A stretch of 64,000 nucleotides of DNA from Burkholderiales bacterium (lineage in GTDB: Bacteria > Pseudomonadota > Gammaproteobacteria > Burkholderiales > Burkholderiaceae_E). The notes below the pieces were generated by a model. The model was not told where the DNA came from and did not search any database. It saw only the letters and a program-made list of their open reading frames with translations. The stretch's first letter is position 1. Each line of letters starts with the position of its first letter. Shown in pieces: positions 32,429-42,144 of the stretch. The translations under genes were made by a program, and so were the position numbers. The stretch spans positions 9,549 through 73,548 of the forward strand of contig JAPLQF010000006.1 in NCBI GenBank assembly GCA_026399875.1, given 5' to 3'.

Positions 32429-33898
32429 ATGTCGGACGAACCGGTTCACCAGAGTGCGCTGCCATCGCCGCTTGGCGAGATCCCGGCCGATCAGGGCGGG
32501 CGCTCGCAGGCGAGCGGCCGCCTTAGCACGCCGATGGGCAACGCCAGCCACAACCTGATGTGGATGCTGCGATCGCTGGTTGATCCGACCATCACGCTGC
32601 TCACCCTGCTGACGGTGGCGCTCGTCGTGCAGGGTGGCGTGCGCAACCGGGACATCCTCCTGGCGGTGATCGCCTTTTCGCTCAGTTATCCGGGAAGCAT
32701 CGGCTTCGCGCACCGGCCACGCCGCCTGCTTCGCCAGATCTTCGGCAGTTGGGGCGCGCTGTGCGGGCTGATGCTGCTCTTCGGGCTGGCCACCGATCTT
32801 CTGCGCGCCTTTGACCCGAACATCCTGGCCGCCTGGGTCATCGGCACACCGGTCTTGCAGGCGATCGCCCATCAGACGATCCCGTCACTGCTCACCCGTG
32901 TGCGGGCGATCAGCGAGCACGATCGGGCAGTGATCATCGGCGCCAACGAGCTCGGCCGAACCCTGGCTCGCGCGCTGCTGGCCGATCCGCTGGAAGACAC
33001 CCGGGTCACCGCCTTCTTTGACGATCGAACGCCTGCGCGTCTGGGCGAAACGCTCGAGCTTCCGGTACGGCGCGGACTGGAGAATGTCGCCGACTTCGTG
33101 CGCGAGCAGCATATCGACCGGATCTACATTGCGCTGCCGATGGCCTCCCAGCCGCGGATCCTGAATCTGCTCGACCAGTTGCGGGACACCACCGCATCGA
33201 TCTATTTCCTTCCGGACATCTTCCTGTACGACCTCATCCAGGCCCGCGTCGACACCGTCGGCGGACTGCCGGTGGTCGCGGTCTGCGAGACGCCTTTTCA
33301 CGGCACGACCGGCGTCATCAAGCGGCTGTCGGATCTGTGCATTGCGCTGCCGGCGATCGTGATCACTGGCCCGGTCATGCTGGCGATCGCGCTGGCCATC
33401 AAGCTGACCATGCCCGGCCCGGTGCTGTTTCGCCAGCGCCGCTACGGCCTGGACGGTGAGCAGATCGTGGTCTGGAAGTTCCGCTCGATGCGGGTGAGCG
33501 AAGATGGCGAGGTCGTCAGACAGGCCACCCGCCATGATGATCGGATCACGCCCCTGGGCGCATTCCTGCGGCGCAGCTCGCTTGACGAACTCCCCCAGTT
33601 CTTCAATGTCCTGCAGGGGCGCATGAGCGTGGTCGGGCCCCGACCGCATGCGGTGGCCCACAACGAGATGTACCGCAAGCTGATCAAGGGTTACATGATC
33701 CGCCACAAGGTCAAACCCGGCATCACCGGCTGGGCGCAGGTCAATGGTGCACGCGGCGAGACCGACACCATCGAGAAGATGCAGCGGCGCATCGCCTACG
33801 ACATCGAGTATCTGCGGTCATGGTCGCTGCGCCTCGATGCCGCCATCGTCTGGCGAACGATCACTCAGGCGGTCAGGGGCGATCAGAACGCCTACTGA
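32429..33898 (+). CDS. undecaprenyl-phosphate hexose-1-phosphate transferase (WcaJ/EpsB-type priming transferase)
   Basis: N-terminal TM segments plus the bacterial sugar transferase domain PGPVLFRQRRYG..WKFRSM..DELPQFFNVLQGRMSVVGPRPH. GGAGG lies 10 nt upstream of the ATG. Confidence 0.88.
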   Translation: MSDEPVHQSALPSPLGEIPADQGGRSQASGRLSTPMGNASHNLMWMLRSLVDPTITLLTLLTVALVVQGGVRNRDILLAVIAFSLSYPGSIGFAHRPRRLLRQIFGSWGALCGLMLLFGLATDLLRAFDPNILAAWVIGTPVLQAIAHQTIPSLLTRVRAISEHDRAVIIGANELGRTLARALLADPLEDTRVTAFFDDRTPARLGETLELPVRRGLENVADFVREQHIDRIYIALPMASQPRILNLLDQLRDTTASIYFLPDIFLYDLIQARVDTVGGLPVVAVCETPFHGTTGVIKRLSDLCIALPAIVITGPVMLAIALAIKLTMPGPVLFRQRRYGLDGEQIVVWKFRSMRVSEDGEVVRQATRHDDRITPLGAFLRRSSLDELPQFFNVLQGRMSVVGPRPHAVAHNEMYRKLIKGYMIRHKVKPGITGWAQVNGARGETDTIEKMQRRIAYDIEYLRSWSLRLDAAIVWRTITQAVRGDQNAY

Positions 33899-33901
33899 CG
33901 G

Positions 33902-34540
33902 TCAGCGGCCGGCGAGCAGCAGGCGCAGATCGGCGGTGATCTCGGGCACGGTCTGCGAAGAGCGGATATAGAGCCGCAGGCGCCCCTGATCGTCGAGCGC
34001 ATAGGAGGCTGCGGTGTGATCGAGGGAGTAGGCGCCAGGTGTCTTGCCCGGCACCTTCTGGAAGAAAACCTTGAACTCGCGGGCGGCTCGGGTCGTGGCC
34101 TCGGCATCACCGCGAAGCGCGATGAAGGTCGGATTGAAGGCAGTGACATAGGCACCGAGCATGGCAGCGCTGTCACGCTCGGGGTCGAGGGTCACAAGGA
34201 CCACCTGCACCCGGGCCGCGTCAGGGCCAAGCTCCTTCATGACCGCAGCCATGGCCGCGAGCGTCGTGGGGCAGACATCAGGACACTGGGTGAAGCCGAA
34301 AAACAGCACCACCACCTTGCCCTTGAAATCGGCCAGGGTGCGGGCCTGGCCATTCTGGTCGGTGAGCGAAAGCGATTTGCCGTAATCGGCGCCGGTGACA
34401 TCGGTCGAGAAGAAAGACGTCTTGTTGCTCGACCGGTCGCAGCCGGCAAGTCCGCCGACCAGACCAAGGAGCCCGAGTGTCAGCGCGAGAATGAATGCAG
34501 GCGCGGGCCTGGGCGACGCGCGGCCGGCCAGGGGCTTCAA
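33902..34540 (-). CDS. SCO1/SenC copper chaperone
   Basis: [15 protein letters not shown] and a lipoprotein-like LAGC. The start is uncertain. A TTG at 34540 overlaps the ctaB stop, and the longest ORF runs to 34639. Confidence 0.82.
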   Translation of the reverse strand: MKPLAGRASPRPAPAFILALTLGLLGLVGGLAGCDRSSNKTSFFSTDVTGADYGKSLSLTDQNGQARTLADFKGKVVVLFFGFTQCPDVCPTTLAAMAAVMKELGPDAARVQVVLVTLDPERDSAAMLGAYVTAFNPTFIALRGDAEATTRAAREFKVFFQKVPGKTPGAYSLDHTAASYALDDQGRLRLYIRSSQTVPEITADLRLLLAGR

Positions 34541-35427
34541 ACCCAGTGATCCAGCAAAAGGGCGGCAAACAGCGCCATCAGGTAGTAGATGGAGTAGCCG
34601 AAAGTGCGACGCGCCAGCGCATCGGAATAGCTGCGCCACAGTCGCCAGGCATAGCCGATGAAGATGCCACCAAGCACCGTGGCGCTGATCAGATAGAGCC
34701 AGCCGCTCATCCGGATCATGAAGGGCAGGAAGGTCGTGGCCACCAGCAGGACGGTATAGAGCAGGATCTGCAGGCGGGTAAACGGCAGCCCGTGCGTGAC
34801 CGGCAGCATCGGCAGACCGGCGCGCCGGTAATCCTCGACCCGGTAGAGCGCCAGCGCCCAGAAGTGCGGTGGCGTCCAGACGAAAATGATCAGAAAGAGC
34901 ACCAGCGCCTGCGGACCGACGTCATTGGCCACCGCTGCCCAGCCGAGCACAGGCGGCATCGCGCCGGAAGCACCGCCGATCACAATGTTCTGGGGCGTGG
35001 CCGGCTTGAGCACGATGGTGTAAATCAGGGCATAGCCGACGAAAGTTGCCAGCGTGAGCCACATGGTGAGCGGATTGACGAAGGCCAGCAGCAGCCAGGC
35101 GCCTGCGCCACCCAGCAAGGCGGCAAAGGCGAGCGCCCCCGAGACCGAGACTTCGCCCCGCGCCGCCGGGCGGGCCCGCGTGCGGGCCATGCGGGCATCG
35201 ATGCCGCGCTCGATCATGCAGTTGAAGGTAAACCCCGCGCCCGCCAGCAGCGAGATGCCGGCGATGCCGAACACCAGGATCCGCCAGGGCACGAGCTCAT
35301 CAGTGGCCAGCACCATGCCGATGACCGCGCAAAAAGCGGTCAGCATGACGATTCGCGGCTTGGTCAGCTCGATGTACTGACGCAGCGTATGGGCGAACGT
35401 TGGCGGAGAATGTTCGAGCAGGTCCAT
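34537..35427 (-). CDS. ctaB: protoheme IX farnesyltransferase (heme O synthase)
   Basis: UbiA-family [18 protein letters not shown] and polytopic. Positioned next to ctaA. Confidence 0.9.
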   Translation of the reverse strand: MDLLEHSPPTFAHTLRQYIELTKPRIVMLTAFCAVIGMVLATDELVPWRILVFGIAGISLLAGAGFTFNCMIERGIDARMARTRARPAARGEVSVSGALAFAALLGGAGAWLLLAFVNPLTMWLTLATFVGYALIYTIVLKPATPQNIVIGGASGAMPPVLGWAAVANDVGPQALVLFLIIFVWTPPHFWALALYRVEDYRRAGLPMLPVTHGLPFTRLQILLYTVLLVATTFLPFMIRMSGWLYLISATVLGGIFIGYAWRLWRSYSDALARRTFGYSIYYLMALFAALLLDHWV

Positions 35428-35446
35428 CGGGGGGAGGATTGGGCGA

Positions 35447-36457
35447 TCAGGCTCTGGCCGGAGCAGACCAAGCCGGTAAGGCTACCATGAGTAGCAGGCC
35501 CAGCAGTGCGGCCGCGCCGCCGGTATGCAGCACGGCGGCAGCCATCGGCCAGTCGAGAAAGATATTGGTCAGGCCGGTCACGACCTGCAGGGCCAGCACC
35601 GCCAGGATCAGATTGCCGATCGGCCGGCTCAGCTCCGAGCGGCGCAGCCGCAGCGCCAGCGCCCCCACCACGATGAAAACCACCCCGGCAAAGAGCCGGT
35701 GGACAAAGTGGATGGCGGTCAGCGCCTGAAACGGCAGGGCCTGGTCGTCGCCCTGATAACCCAGGCGGCGCCAGAGTTCGAAGCCGGCGCGAAAGTTCAT
35801 ATCGGGCCACAGGCTGCCCTGGCACAGCGGGAAATCGCGACACGCCAGGGTGGCGTAGTTGGTGCTGACCCATCCGCCGAGCGCGATCTGGCAAAGCAGC
35901 ACCGCCAGCGCGATCGTGACCAGCGGCCGAAATCCGGATGCCCCCGACATCGCCGTCAGGGCAGACGTGGCCGGTCTCACCCGCACCCACTGGGCGAGCA
36001 GCAGCCCGAACAGGATCATCCCGCCCAGCAGGTGCAGGGTGACCACCAGCGGCATGAGCTTGAGCGTGACGGTGAAGGCGCCGAATGCCCCCTGCAGGAT
36101 GATCCAGAAAAGCGTGAACCAGGCCAGCCGCGCGCTCGGGCCGGGAAGACGGCTGGCCATGATCGCCAGCAGGATCACCAGCACGCCCAGGCCGGCGGCG
36201 ATATAGCGATGCAGCATCTCGACCCAGGCCTTGAAGGCTGTCACCGGGCCATCGGGGCGCAGCGCGGTCTCGGCCCGAATCGAGTCGATTGCGCCGATCG
36301 GGGTGACCTTGCCGTAGCATCCCGGCCAGTCGGGGCAGCCCAGGCCGGCGTCGGTCACCCGCACGAAGGCGCCGAACATGATCAGGTCGAAGGTCAGAAA
36401 GACCGCAAAGAACAGCAGTCTTCTGAACAGCGTCATCGATATCAGCCGTGACCGCAT
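35447..36457 (-). CDS. ctaA: heme A synthase (COX15/CtaA)
   Basis: Eight-TM protein with conserved His-containing helices (HRYIAAG, HLLGG, HFVHRL, HTGGAA). Adjacent to ctaB. Confidence 0.85.
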   Translation of the reverse strand: MRSRLISMTLFRRLLFFAVFLTFDLIMFGAFVRVTDAGLGCPDWPGCYGKVTPIGAIDSIRAETALRPDGPVTAFKAWVEMLHRYIAAGLGVLVILLAIMASRLPGPSARLAWFTLFWIILQGAFGAFTVTLKLMPLVVTLHLLGGMILFGLLLAQWVRVRPATSALTAMSGASGFRPLVTIALAVLLCQIALGGWVSTNYATLACRDFPLCQGSLWPDMNFRAGFELWRRLGYQGDDQALPFQALTAIHFVHRLFAGVVFIVVGALALRLRRSELSRPIGNLILAVLALQVVTGLTNIFLDWPMAAAVLHTGGAAALLGLLLMVALPAWSAPARA

Positions 36458-36463
36458 GTGGCC

Positions 36464-37135
36464 TCAGCCGACCCGCGAGGCCTTGAGCAGTCGGCCAAGG
36501 TCCTTGCGGATGCGGGCCGGCTCACCGGTGGCCGGGAACCGCATCATCAGGTTGCCGCGCGGATCGATCAGATACAGATAGTCTTCCAGGCGCCGACCGG
36601 TCTCGACCGGGAACACCGGGGCCAGCTCGGCCGGATCGGCGCGCAGCACCACCGTACCGGCATAGTCGCTCGCCAGCGTGTCTGCCGGCACCGCCGCATC
36701 GCCGATCAGCCAGACCCGCTCGACGCGTTCGCGATCCTTGCCGGTCATGGTGCGCTGCTGGCGCATGGCATAGAGCTTGTCGACACAGGCCGGCTCGCAG
36801 CGGCCGCTGTCGAACTGCAGCAGCACCCAGCGCCCGCGAAGCGACTCGAACTTGAACGCGGCACCATCGGCGCCCGACAGGCGCAGATTGGGGATCGGCC
36901 GCTGCGGCTCGATCAGGTCGCCGAAGTTGGTGCGCCCAAGGGGGGGCATCACGTAATAGGCCAGATAGGAGGCAATCACCGGTGCGGCGCACACCAGGAG
37001 GATTGCCAGAAGCTTCAGTCGCTGGCGACGGCGCTGCGCCGGGGTTTGCGGCAGCGGCGCAGCGCCGGCGGGCGGTGGCACCGCGGGTGACGGGGAGGCG
37101 GGAGAAGGGGAGGCGGACATCGGAGTCTCGGTCAT
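36464..37135 (-). CDS. membrane-anchored SCO/thioredoxin-fold protein of cox-assembly clusters
   Basis: Single TM (LLAILLVCAAPVIASYLAYYV), then RGRWVLLQFDSGRCEPACVDKL (CxxxC). Conserved position upstream of ctaA. Confidence 0.6.
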   Translation of the reverse strand: MTETPMSASPSPASPSPAVPPPAGAAPLPQTPAQRRRQRLKLLAILLVCAAPVIASYLAYYVMPPLGRTNFGDLIEPQRPIPNLRLSGADGAAFKFESLRGRWVLLQFDSGRCEPACVDKLYAMRQQRTMTGKDRERVERVWLIGDAAVPADTLASDYAGTVVLRADPAELAPVFPVETGRRLEDYLYLIDPRGNLMMRFPATGEPARIRKDLGRLLKASRVG

Positions 37136-37364
37136 CGGCCGGATTCTACGACGCGGCGCCCGCCGACAGATCGGATCTGCCATGTTTGAGCAGGGTCAAT
37201 AGCAAGGCTTGCGCCTTCGGCACCCTGAGGCTTCACGCCCGCAACGACACAGGACGCCGAACCATGGGGACAGCTTTCCTTCACCGAGCGGCCCGTGCGG
37301 ATCGAACAGACGGCTGGTCGCAGTCGTCGCTGCACCCGCCCGGACGCAGAGCGTTTCTGGCGAT

Positions 37365-37414
37365 CCCACTGCTCATCCCACTGCTCACCCCACTGCTCAT
37401 CCCGATGCTCATCC
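37365..37414. repeat. 12-bp tandem repeat x4 (CCCACTGCTCAT)
   Basis: Units at 37365, 37377, 37389 and 37401, with 1-2 mismatches. Intergenic. Confidence 0.9.
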
Positions 37415-37502
37415 GGCCTGTGCCGGCTGCGGGTGTGGCGGCATCGGCCGGACTGCGTCCGGTCGAGCGCGGGGGCTGGATCCTCGACGCATCGGATCGC
37501 TG

Positions 37503-38951
37503 ATGCTGGCCGAACAAATCTCCCGCGGCGCGCTCGCTTCACGCATCTTCGATGTCTGCCTGATCGGCGCCGGTCCGGCCGGCATCACGCTTGCCACCGA
37601 ACTCGGCGCACGCGGTCATTCGGTGCTGCTGCTCGAAGCCGGCGGGGCCAGTTATGAGGAAAGCTCTCAGGCGATGTATTCAGGCGAGGTGGTCGGTGCG
37701 CTGAAATTCGCGCTCGATACCAGCCGGCTGCGCTACCTGGGCGGCGCATCAAATCACTGGGGCGGCTTTTGCCAGGCGCTCGATGCGGTCGACTTCGAAT
37801 CGAAAGTCGCGGGCATCGATACCGAATGGCCGATCCGCCGGCGCCATCTCGATCCCTACCTCGAACGGGCCGAAGCCATCGTGGAGATCCCGGCCCTGCC
37901 CCCCGACCGGCCTTATGGCGAGCAACTGCGGCTGACCACCATGCGCTTTTCGCCGCCGGTCAATTTCGCGACGAAGTATCGCGCCACCCTCGAGAAGTTG
38001 CCGAACGTGGCGACCATCCTGCAGGCCTGCGTGGTGAACCTGAATGAGCAAGGTGGGGCGATCGTCTCGGTCGAGGTGACCGATCCGGACAACGGCCGTC
38101 ACACCGCAAGGGCAAGGCGCTTCGTGCTCTGCTCGGGTGGCATCGAGAACAGCCGCATGCTGCTGTGGGCCAATCATCTGAATGACGGGCGCGTCGTCAG
38201 GGATGCGCGCGCACTCGGTCGCTACTGGCTCGAGCATCCGCACTTCACGATCGGCGAGGCCTTTCTCGATGAACGCGCGCCCTTCGTCTACGACAAATGG
38301 TCGATCGCCTGGTCGAGCCCGACCGCGCAGGCGATGCGCGACAAACGCGCACTCAACGCCGGTCTGCGCCTGACCCGGCGCAATCGCGAGGCCTCGCGTC
38401 AGATGATCGCCGACCTGTCGTGTGTGGCACCCGAGCTCGGTCAGTGGGCAATGGCCAAGCTCAAGCGTCGGCTGTTTTGCGGCGCGATGCTGCGCGCTTC
38501 CTGGGAGCAGGCACCACGGGCCTGGAATCGCGTGGTGCTGTCGACCGATCGCGACCGTCACGGCACGCCGCGCGCCGAGCTGCACTGGCGGCTCGACGAC
38601 TTCGATCGTCACACCGTGGCATCGGCGGCCACGCTGCTGGCCGAAGAGATCCTGCGTCGCGGCGATGGCCGCGTGCGCCTGGACCCCTGGGTGCTCGGGC
38701 GCGGCAGCTTCCCGACCGATGACGAGATCAAGGGCAATCACCATATGGGCGGCACCCGCATGAGCTCATCGCCGGCCACCGGCGTGGTCAACGCCGACTG
38801 CAAGGTGCATGGCCTGTCGAATCTGTTTGTGGCCGGCTCGTCGGTCTTTCCGAGCAGCGGCGCCGCGAATCCGACGCTCACCATCGTGCAGCTCGCGCTG
38901 CGTCTGGCCGATCACCTGGGCGAGCGCGCCAGCGCGGCGTCGGTGCTCTGA
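37503..38951 (+). CDS. GMC-family FAD-dependent oxidoreductase
   Basis: FDVCLIGAGPAGITLATELGARGHSVLLLEAGG and C-terminal HHMGGTRMS..VHGLSNLFVAGSSVFPSSGAANPTLTIVQLALRL. Start taken at MLAEQISR. Confidence 0.85.
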   Translation: MLAEQISRGALASRIFDVCLIGAGPAGITLATELGARGHSVLLLEAGGASYEESSQAMYSGEVVGALKFALDTSRLRYLGGASNHWGGFCQALDAVDFESKVAGIDTEWPIRRRHLDPYLERAEAIVEIPALPPDRPYGEQLRLTTMRFSPPVNFATKYRATLEKLPNVATILQACVVNLNEQGGAIVSVEVTDPDNGRHTARARRFVLCSGGIENSRMLLWANHLNDGRVVRDARALGRYWLEHPHFTIGEAFLDERAPFVYDKWSIAWSSPTAQAMRDKRALNAGLRLTRRNREASRQMIADLSCVAPELGQWAMAKLKRRLFCGAMLRASWEQAPRAWNRVVLSTDRDRHGTPRAELHWRLDDFDRHTVASAATLLAEEILRRGDGRVRLDPWVLGRGSFPTDDEIKGNHHMGGTRMSSSPATGVVNADCKVHGLSNLFVAGSSVFPSSGAANPTLTIVQLALRLADHLGERASAASVL

Positions 38952-38952
38952 G

Positions 38953-40608
38953 ATGGCGGCGACGCATCCCCCTCATCCATCGCCGGCCAGTCCGGCGCCG
39001 ATCGATCGCGATCATCTCGACCACCATCACCTCGACCACCATCACCTCGAGCGCGATCAGCCAGGCGGATCGGGTCGGGTCGGGTCAGGACGATGGCGAC
39101 GACGGATCGCGATCGTCCTGGCCGTCATGCTGGCCGCCAGCCTGACGATCGCAGCATCCGCATGGCTGTGGGCGGTGAGCACCGGGCGCATCGGCGTCGA
39201 AGGCTGGCGCGAGCGGGCCTCGCCGGTCGAGCCCACCACAGTCCCGCTGATGGCGCTTCAAGCCCGGTTTGCGAGGGCAGACGGGCGAGTGGATGCCAGC
39301 GACTACGAGTTGCTGACCCGCTACTTCTTCGAAGGCTGGGCGGCCTACCGGACGCCCAAGGCCGAGCGCGCCCACTACCCCGGCCTGCCCAGCGGGTCGG
39401 GACGGCGCAGCGACGGCCTGGAGGGCTATGCGCGGATGTTCCCGCTGGCAGCCGCCTGGCTGGCCAGCGGCCGCGCGCCGCAGATCGAGACCGCCACCGG
39501 TCCGCTCGATCTGGCCGAGGTCTTCACACGCGGGCTTGTCACCGGGACCGATCCGGCCAGTCCCGACTACTGGGGCCCGATCACCGATTTCAGTCAGACG
39601 CTGGTCGAATCCGCCGATATCGCCCTGGGCCTGTGGCTCGCCCGCAAGGAGGTCTGGGCAAAGCTGAGCCCGGCCGAGCAGCAGCAGGTGGTGAGCTGGC
39701 TGATGCAGGCGCTCGGCAGTCAGCCTTACGACGGCAACTGGCAACTTTTTCCGATGCTGGTCCATCGGGCGCTGAATGCGCTTGGCGCCGACGCCTCGCG
39801 CTTCGATGCCCGGATGCAGACCAACTGGGAAATCTTTCGCAGCCTTTATCGCGGCCAGGGCTGGTTCAGCGATCCGCCGCATGGACTGGACGACTACAAC
39901 GCCTGGTCGGTCCACTACGCGCTCTTCTGGCTGCAGCGCATCGACCCCGGCTTCGAGCCGGCCTTCATCAGCCAGGCCCAGGGCGAGTTCGCGCGCTTTT
40001 ACGTCAAGCTTTTCGGGCCGCAAGGGCATCCGCAGAGGGGGCGAAGCAGTTGCTACAGGATGGCGACACCCGCCCCGCTGCTGGCCTCGCTGGCCACCGC
40101 TCCCGGCGCGATCACGCGCGGTCAGGCGATGCGCGCACTCGATCTGACCTGGTCGTGGTTCATCGGGCATGGCGCACTGGCCGCCGGCAGCGTCACCGCC
40201 GGCCTGTGCGGCGCCGATCCCGCCCTGCAGGCCAATTATTCGGGCCCGGCGAGTTGTCTGTGGTCGCTGCGACCGCTGGTGATGGTCTATATGCTTGACC
40301 GCGAACTCGGTCTGCTCGAGTCACCGCGTGAACCGCTGGCAGTCGAACGCGGTGATTTCGTGATCAGACATGAGACCACCGGCTGGACGATCAGCGGCAG
40401 AGCTGCCACCGGTGCGATCGACCTGTCGATCGAAGCCAATCCGCCGGGCGATGGGCCAGAAGACGGGCCGGTGCTCAAACCCTATGGGCTGAGCACGCAA
40501 CTGGCCGAGGCGCTGGTGCAGGCGCCCCGTCGGCCTGACAACACCGATGCGCTTTACCGGCGGCGGCACTACACCACCGACAAGCCGGTCGGGCGCTGCA
40601 CGCTGTAG
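38953..40608 (+). CDS. membrane-anchored hypothetical protein (possibly DUF2264-like)
   Basis: The ATG is 1 nt after the GMC stop. His-rich tail, one TM (IAIVLAVMLAASLTIAASAWLWAV), then a roughly 480-aa domain with YWGPITDFSQ and DGNWQLFPML. The family assignment is from memory only. Confidence 0.5.
   Translation: MAATHPPHPSPASPAPIDRDHLDHHHLDHHHLERDQPGGSGRVGSGRWRRRIAIVLAVMLAASLTIAASAWLWAVSTGRIGVEGWRERASPVEPTTVPLMALQARFARADGRVDASDYELLTRYFFEGWAAYRTPKAERAHYPGLPSGSGRRSDGLEGYARMFPLAAAWLASGRAPQIETATGPLDLAEVFTRGLVTGTDPASPDYWGPITDFSQTLVESADIALGLWLARKEVWAKLSPAEQQQVVSWLMQALGSQPYDGNWQLFPMLVHRALNALGADASRFDARMQTNWEIFRSLYRGQGWFSDPPHGLDDYNAWSVHYALFWLQRIDPGFEPAFISQAQGEFARFYVKLFGPQGHPQRGRSSCYRMATPAPLLASLATAPGAITRGQAMRALDLTWSWFIGHGALAAGSVTAGLCGADPALQANYSGPASCLWSLRPLVMVYMLDRELGLLESPREPLAVERGDFVIRHETTGWTISGRAATGAIDLSIEANPPGDGPEDGPVLKPYGLSTQLAEALVQAPRRPDNTDALYRRRHYTTDKPVGRCTL
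39016..39050. repeat. perfect 15-bp tandem duplication (CTCGACCACCATCAC x2 plus partial), encodes HLDHHHLDHHHLE
   Basis: Direct reading of 39016-39050. Confidence 0.9.
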
Positions 40609-40651
40609 AGCGGTCGAGCCACGCTGGCAGGAAAAGTTTTCGCGTGGCTAA

Positions 40652-40683
40652 CAGCCAAGCTTGCAAGCTTGGCTGATTTTTTT
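40652..40683 (+). terminator. intrinsic terminator
   Basis: 24-nt perfect palindrome CAGCCAAGCTTGCAAGCTTGGCTG followed by A and T7, 44 nt after the stop at 40608. Confidence 0.8.
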
Positions 40684-40906
40684 CGCTTTGTGCGCGTTTT
40701 GACCGACCGCCCGTCCCCGGCACGGCCCCGCTGGTCGCCCCGACCCTTTTTCGCCTGACCCCCTCGGCTAGGTTTCGTGACGAAAGTCACAGACCTTGGG
40801 CTTTCTCAGGCCCGCACGCATCAAAGCCCCACACGGCAGCGATACCGGCGGAAAGCAGTCAGCGACGAGAACACCCTCGCCGCGCAAGAAACGATGGAAG
40901 CACGAC

Positions 40907-42058
40907 ATGCGACATTCCACCCTATCCAGCAGTTCTCACACAGGCAAGAAGCCTGCCCGCTCTTTGCCCAACCGCTTTCGCACGACCGTGACAGCAATCT
41001 CGATCGCCTCGGTGCTTGCAGCCTGCGGCGGCGCCAACCCGGCGCTCGATGCTCAGGTCGGCAGCGCAATATCGAACGCGGTGACATCGGCCGTCGGAAC
41101 GATCGCCACCGCAGTCGACACCGCAAATACCGCGAGCAAACCGGCTGGCATCACGTCGACGACGACAGTGGCCACCGGCACGACCTCGACGTCTGCCGGG
41201 ACACCCACCGCAACGCCGGAGGTGACGGCCAAGCCTGCCCCCGCCCCGACGCCTGCCCCCGCCCCGACGCCCGCCCCCGCGCCTGCCCCCGCGCCTTCCC
41301 CCACACCTGCCCCGGCGCCCGCACCGACGCCGGCACCAGCCCCGGTGGTGGTCAACGGCACGGTCAATTCGATCGACACCATCATCAACGACATGGCCTT
41401 GCCGCATGAGGGAACGCCAATTGCCTTCCCGGGCTGGGGAACCCTCAGTGGCCCCGGCCTGGACCTTGGCAACAACCCGCCTTCGGATTGGGGCTTCGGT
41501 CTTCCCTGGGGCGTGATCTTTATTCCCCGGGAAGGCAATCCGGCGGTCAATACCCGCGTCGAGATCCGCAACATGCGCTTTTACGTGCTCAGCAGGACCA
41601 CCAATCGGTGGACGCTGGCCGGCACCTCGCCCGGGGTTGACGGCTCGGACTACAACGAGGATTTCCGACAGGGCAACGATGTCCGCCCGGCCAATGTCCG
41701 CAATGAAGCCGGTGGCGGTGTCTCGGCCAAACCGACTTGGCCTTATTCCTATCACTTCTGGTGCTGCGGTCGCATGCCGATCGATCGCCCCAACCTCGGT
41801 GGCATTTTCGTGAGCTACCAGGTCAGGCTGATCGTCGATAACCCGAGTGTGCGCGACGACCGCGCAAGCGCGCGCTTTCTGGCCTACGGGGCACTCGACT
41901 ACTGGCGTGACCAGACTTCGCAATGGGCCCCCGGCCAGCCGCACAACGGGGAAGCTGGCCATGGCCGCATGAAGTACGTCACCAACAACTGGCAGGCGAT
42001 CAACATGACCACGGTACCGGCGGCCACACTTCGCGCCAATCCGCCGCCGATCGAATAA
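40907..42058 (+). CDS. lipoprotein of unknown function, paralog A (Pro/Ala/Thr linker plus conserved WCCG domain)
   Basis: Lipobox VLAAC, a (PAPAPT)n linker, then a roughly 235-aa domain homologous to the next gene (NSIDTIINDM, NTRVEIRNMRF, WTLAGTS, YHFWCCG, NPPPIE end). Confidence 0.7.
   Translation: MRHSTLSSSSHTGKKPARSLPNRFRTTVTAISIASVLAACGGANPALDAQVGSAISNAVTSAVGTIATAVDTANTASKPAGITSTTTVATGTTSTSAGTPTATPEVTAKPAPAPTPAPAPTPAPAPAPAPSPTPAPAPAPTPAPAPVVVNGTVNSIDTIINDMALPHEGTPIAFPGWGTLSGPGLDLGNNPPSDWGFGLPWGVIFIPREGNPAVNTRVEIRNMRFYVLSRTTNRWTLAGTSPGVDGSDYNEDFRQGNDVRPANVRNEAGGGVSAKPTWPYSYHFWCCGRMPIDRPNLGGIFVSYQVRLIVDNPSVRDDRASARFLAYGALDYWRDQTSQWAPGQPHNGEAGHGRMKYVTNNWQAINMTTVPAATLRANPPPIE
41231..41344. 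repeat. low-complexity GC-rich repeat encoding the (PAPAPT)n linker
   Basis: Reiterated GCCCCCGCCCCGACGCCT-like units inside the CDS. Confidence 0.85.
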
Positions 42059-42090
42059 GTCTTTCGACTGCGGCAGTCATGACTCTTTCA

Positions 42091-42117
42091 GGCCCGCCGC
42101 GTGCGGGCCTTTTTCTT
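42091..42117 (+). terminator. intrinsic terminator
   Basis: GGCCCGC-CGCGT-GCGGGCC hairpin followed by TTTTTCTT, 33 nt after the stop at 42058. Confidence 0.7.
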
Positions 42118-42144
42118 GCCGTACTCCGGTTCAAGGAGATCGGC

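Noticed and set aside
32243-32872. Upstream 210 codons of the 322-aa minus-strand ORF 31904..32872
   Set aside because: This part overlaps the plus-strand priming transferase gene and reads as charged low-complexity sequence. Only the last 112 codons (signal peptide to PEP-CTERM-like tail) look like a real protein.
37209-37502. N-terminal 98-codon extension of the GMC oxidoreductase ORF (includes PTAHPTAHPTAHPDAHP)
   Set aside because: The Rossmann FAD motif begins right after the internal ATG at 37503. The extension is repeat-derived and Arg/Pro-rich with no start-site support.
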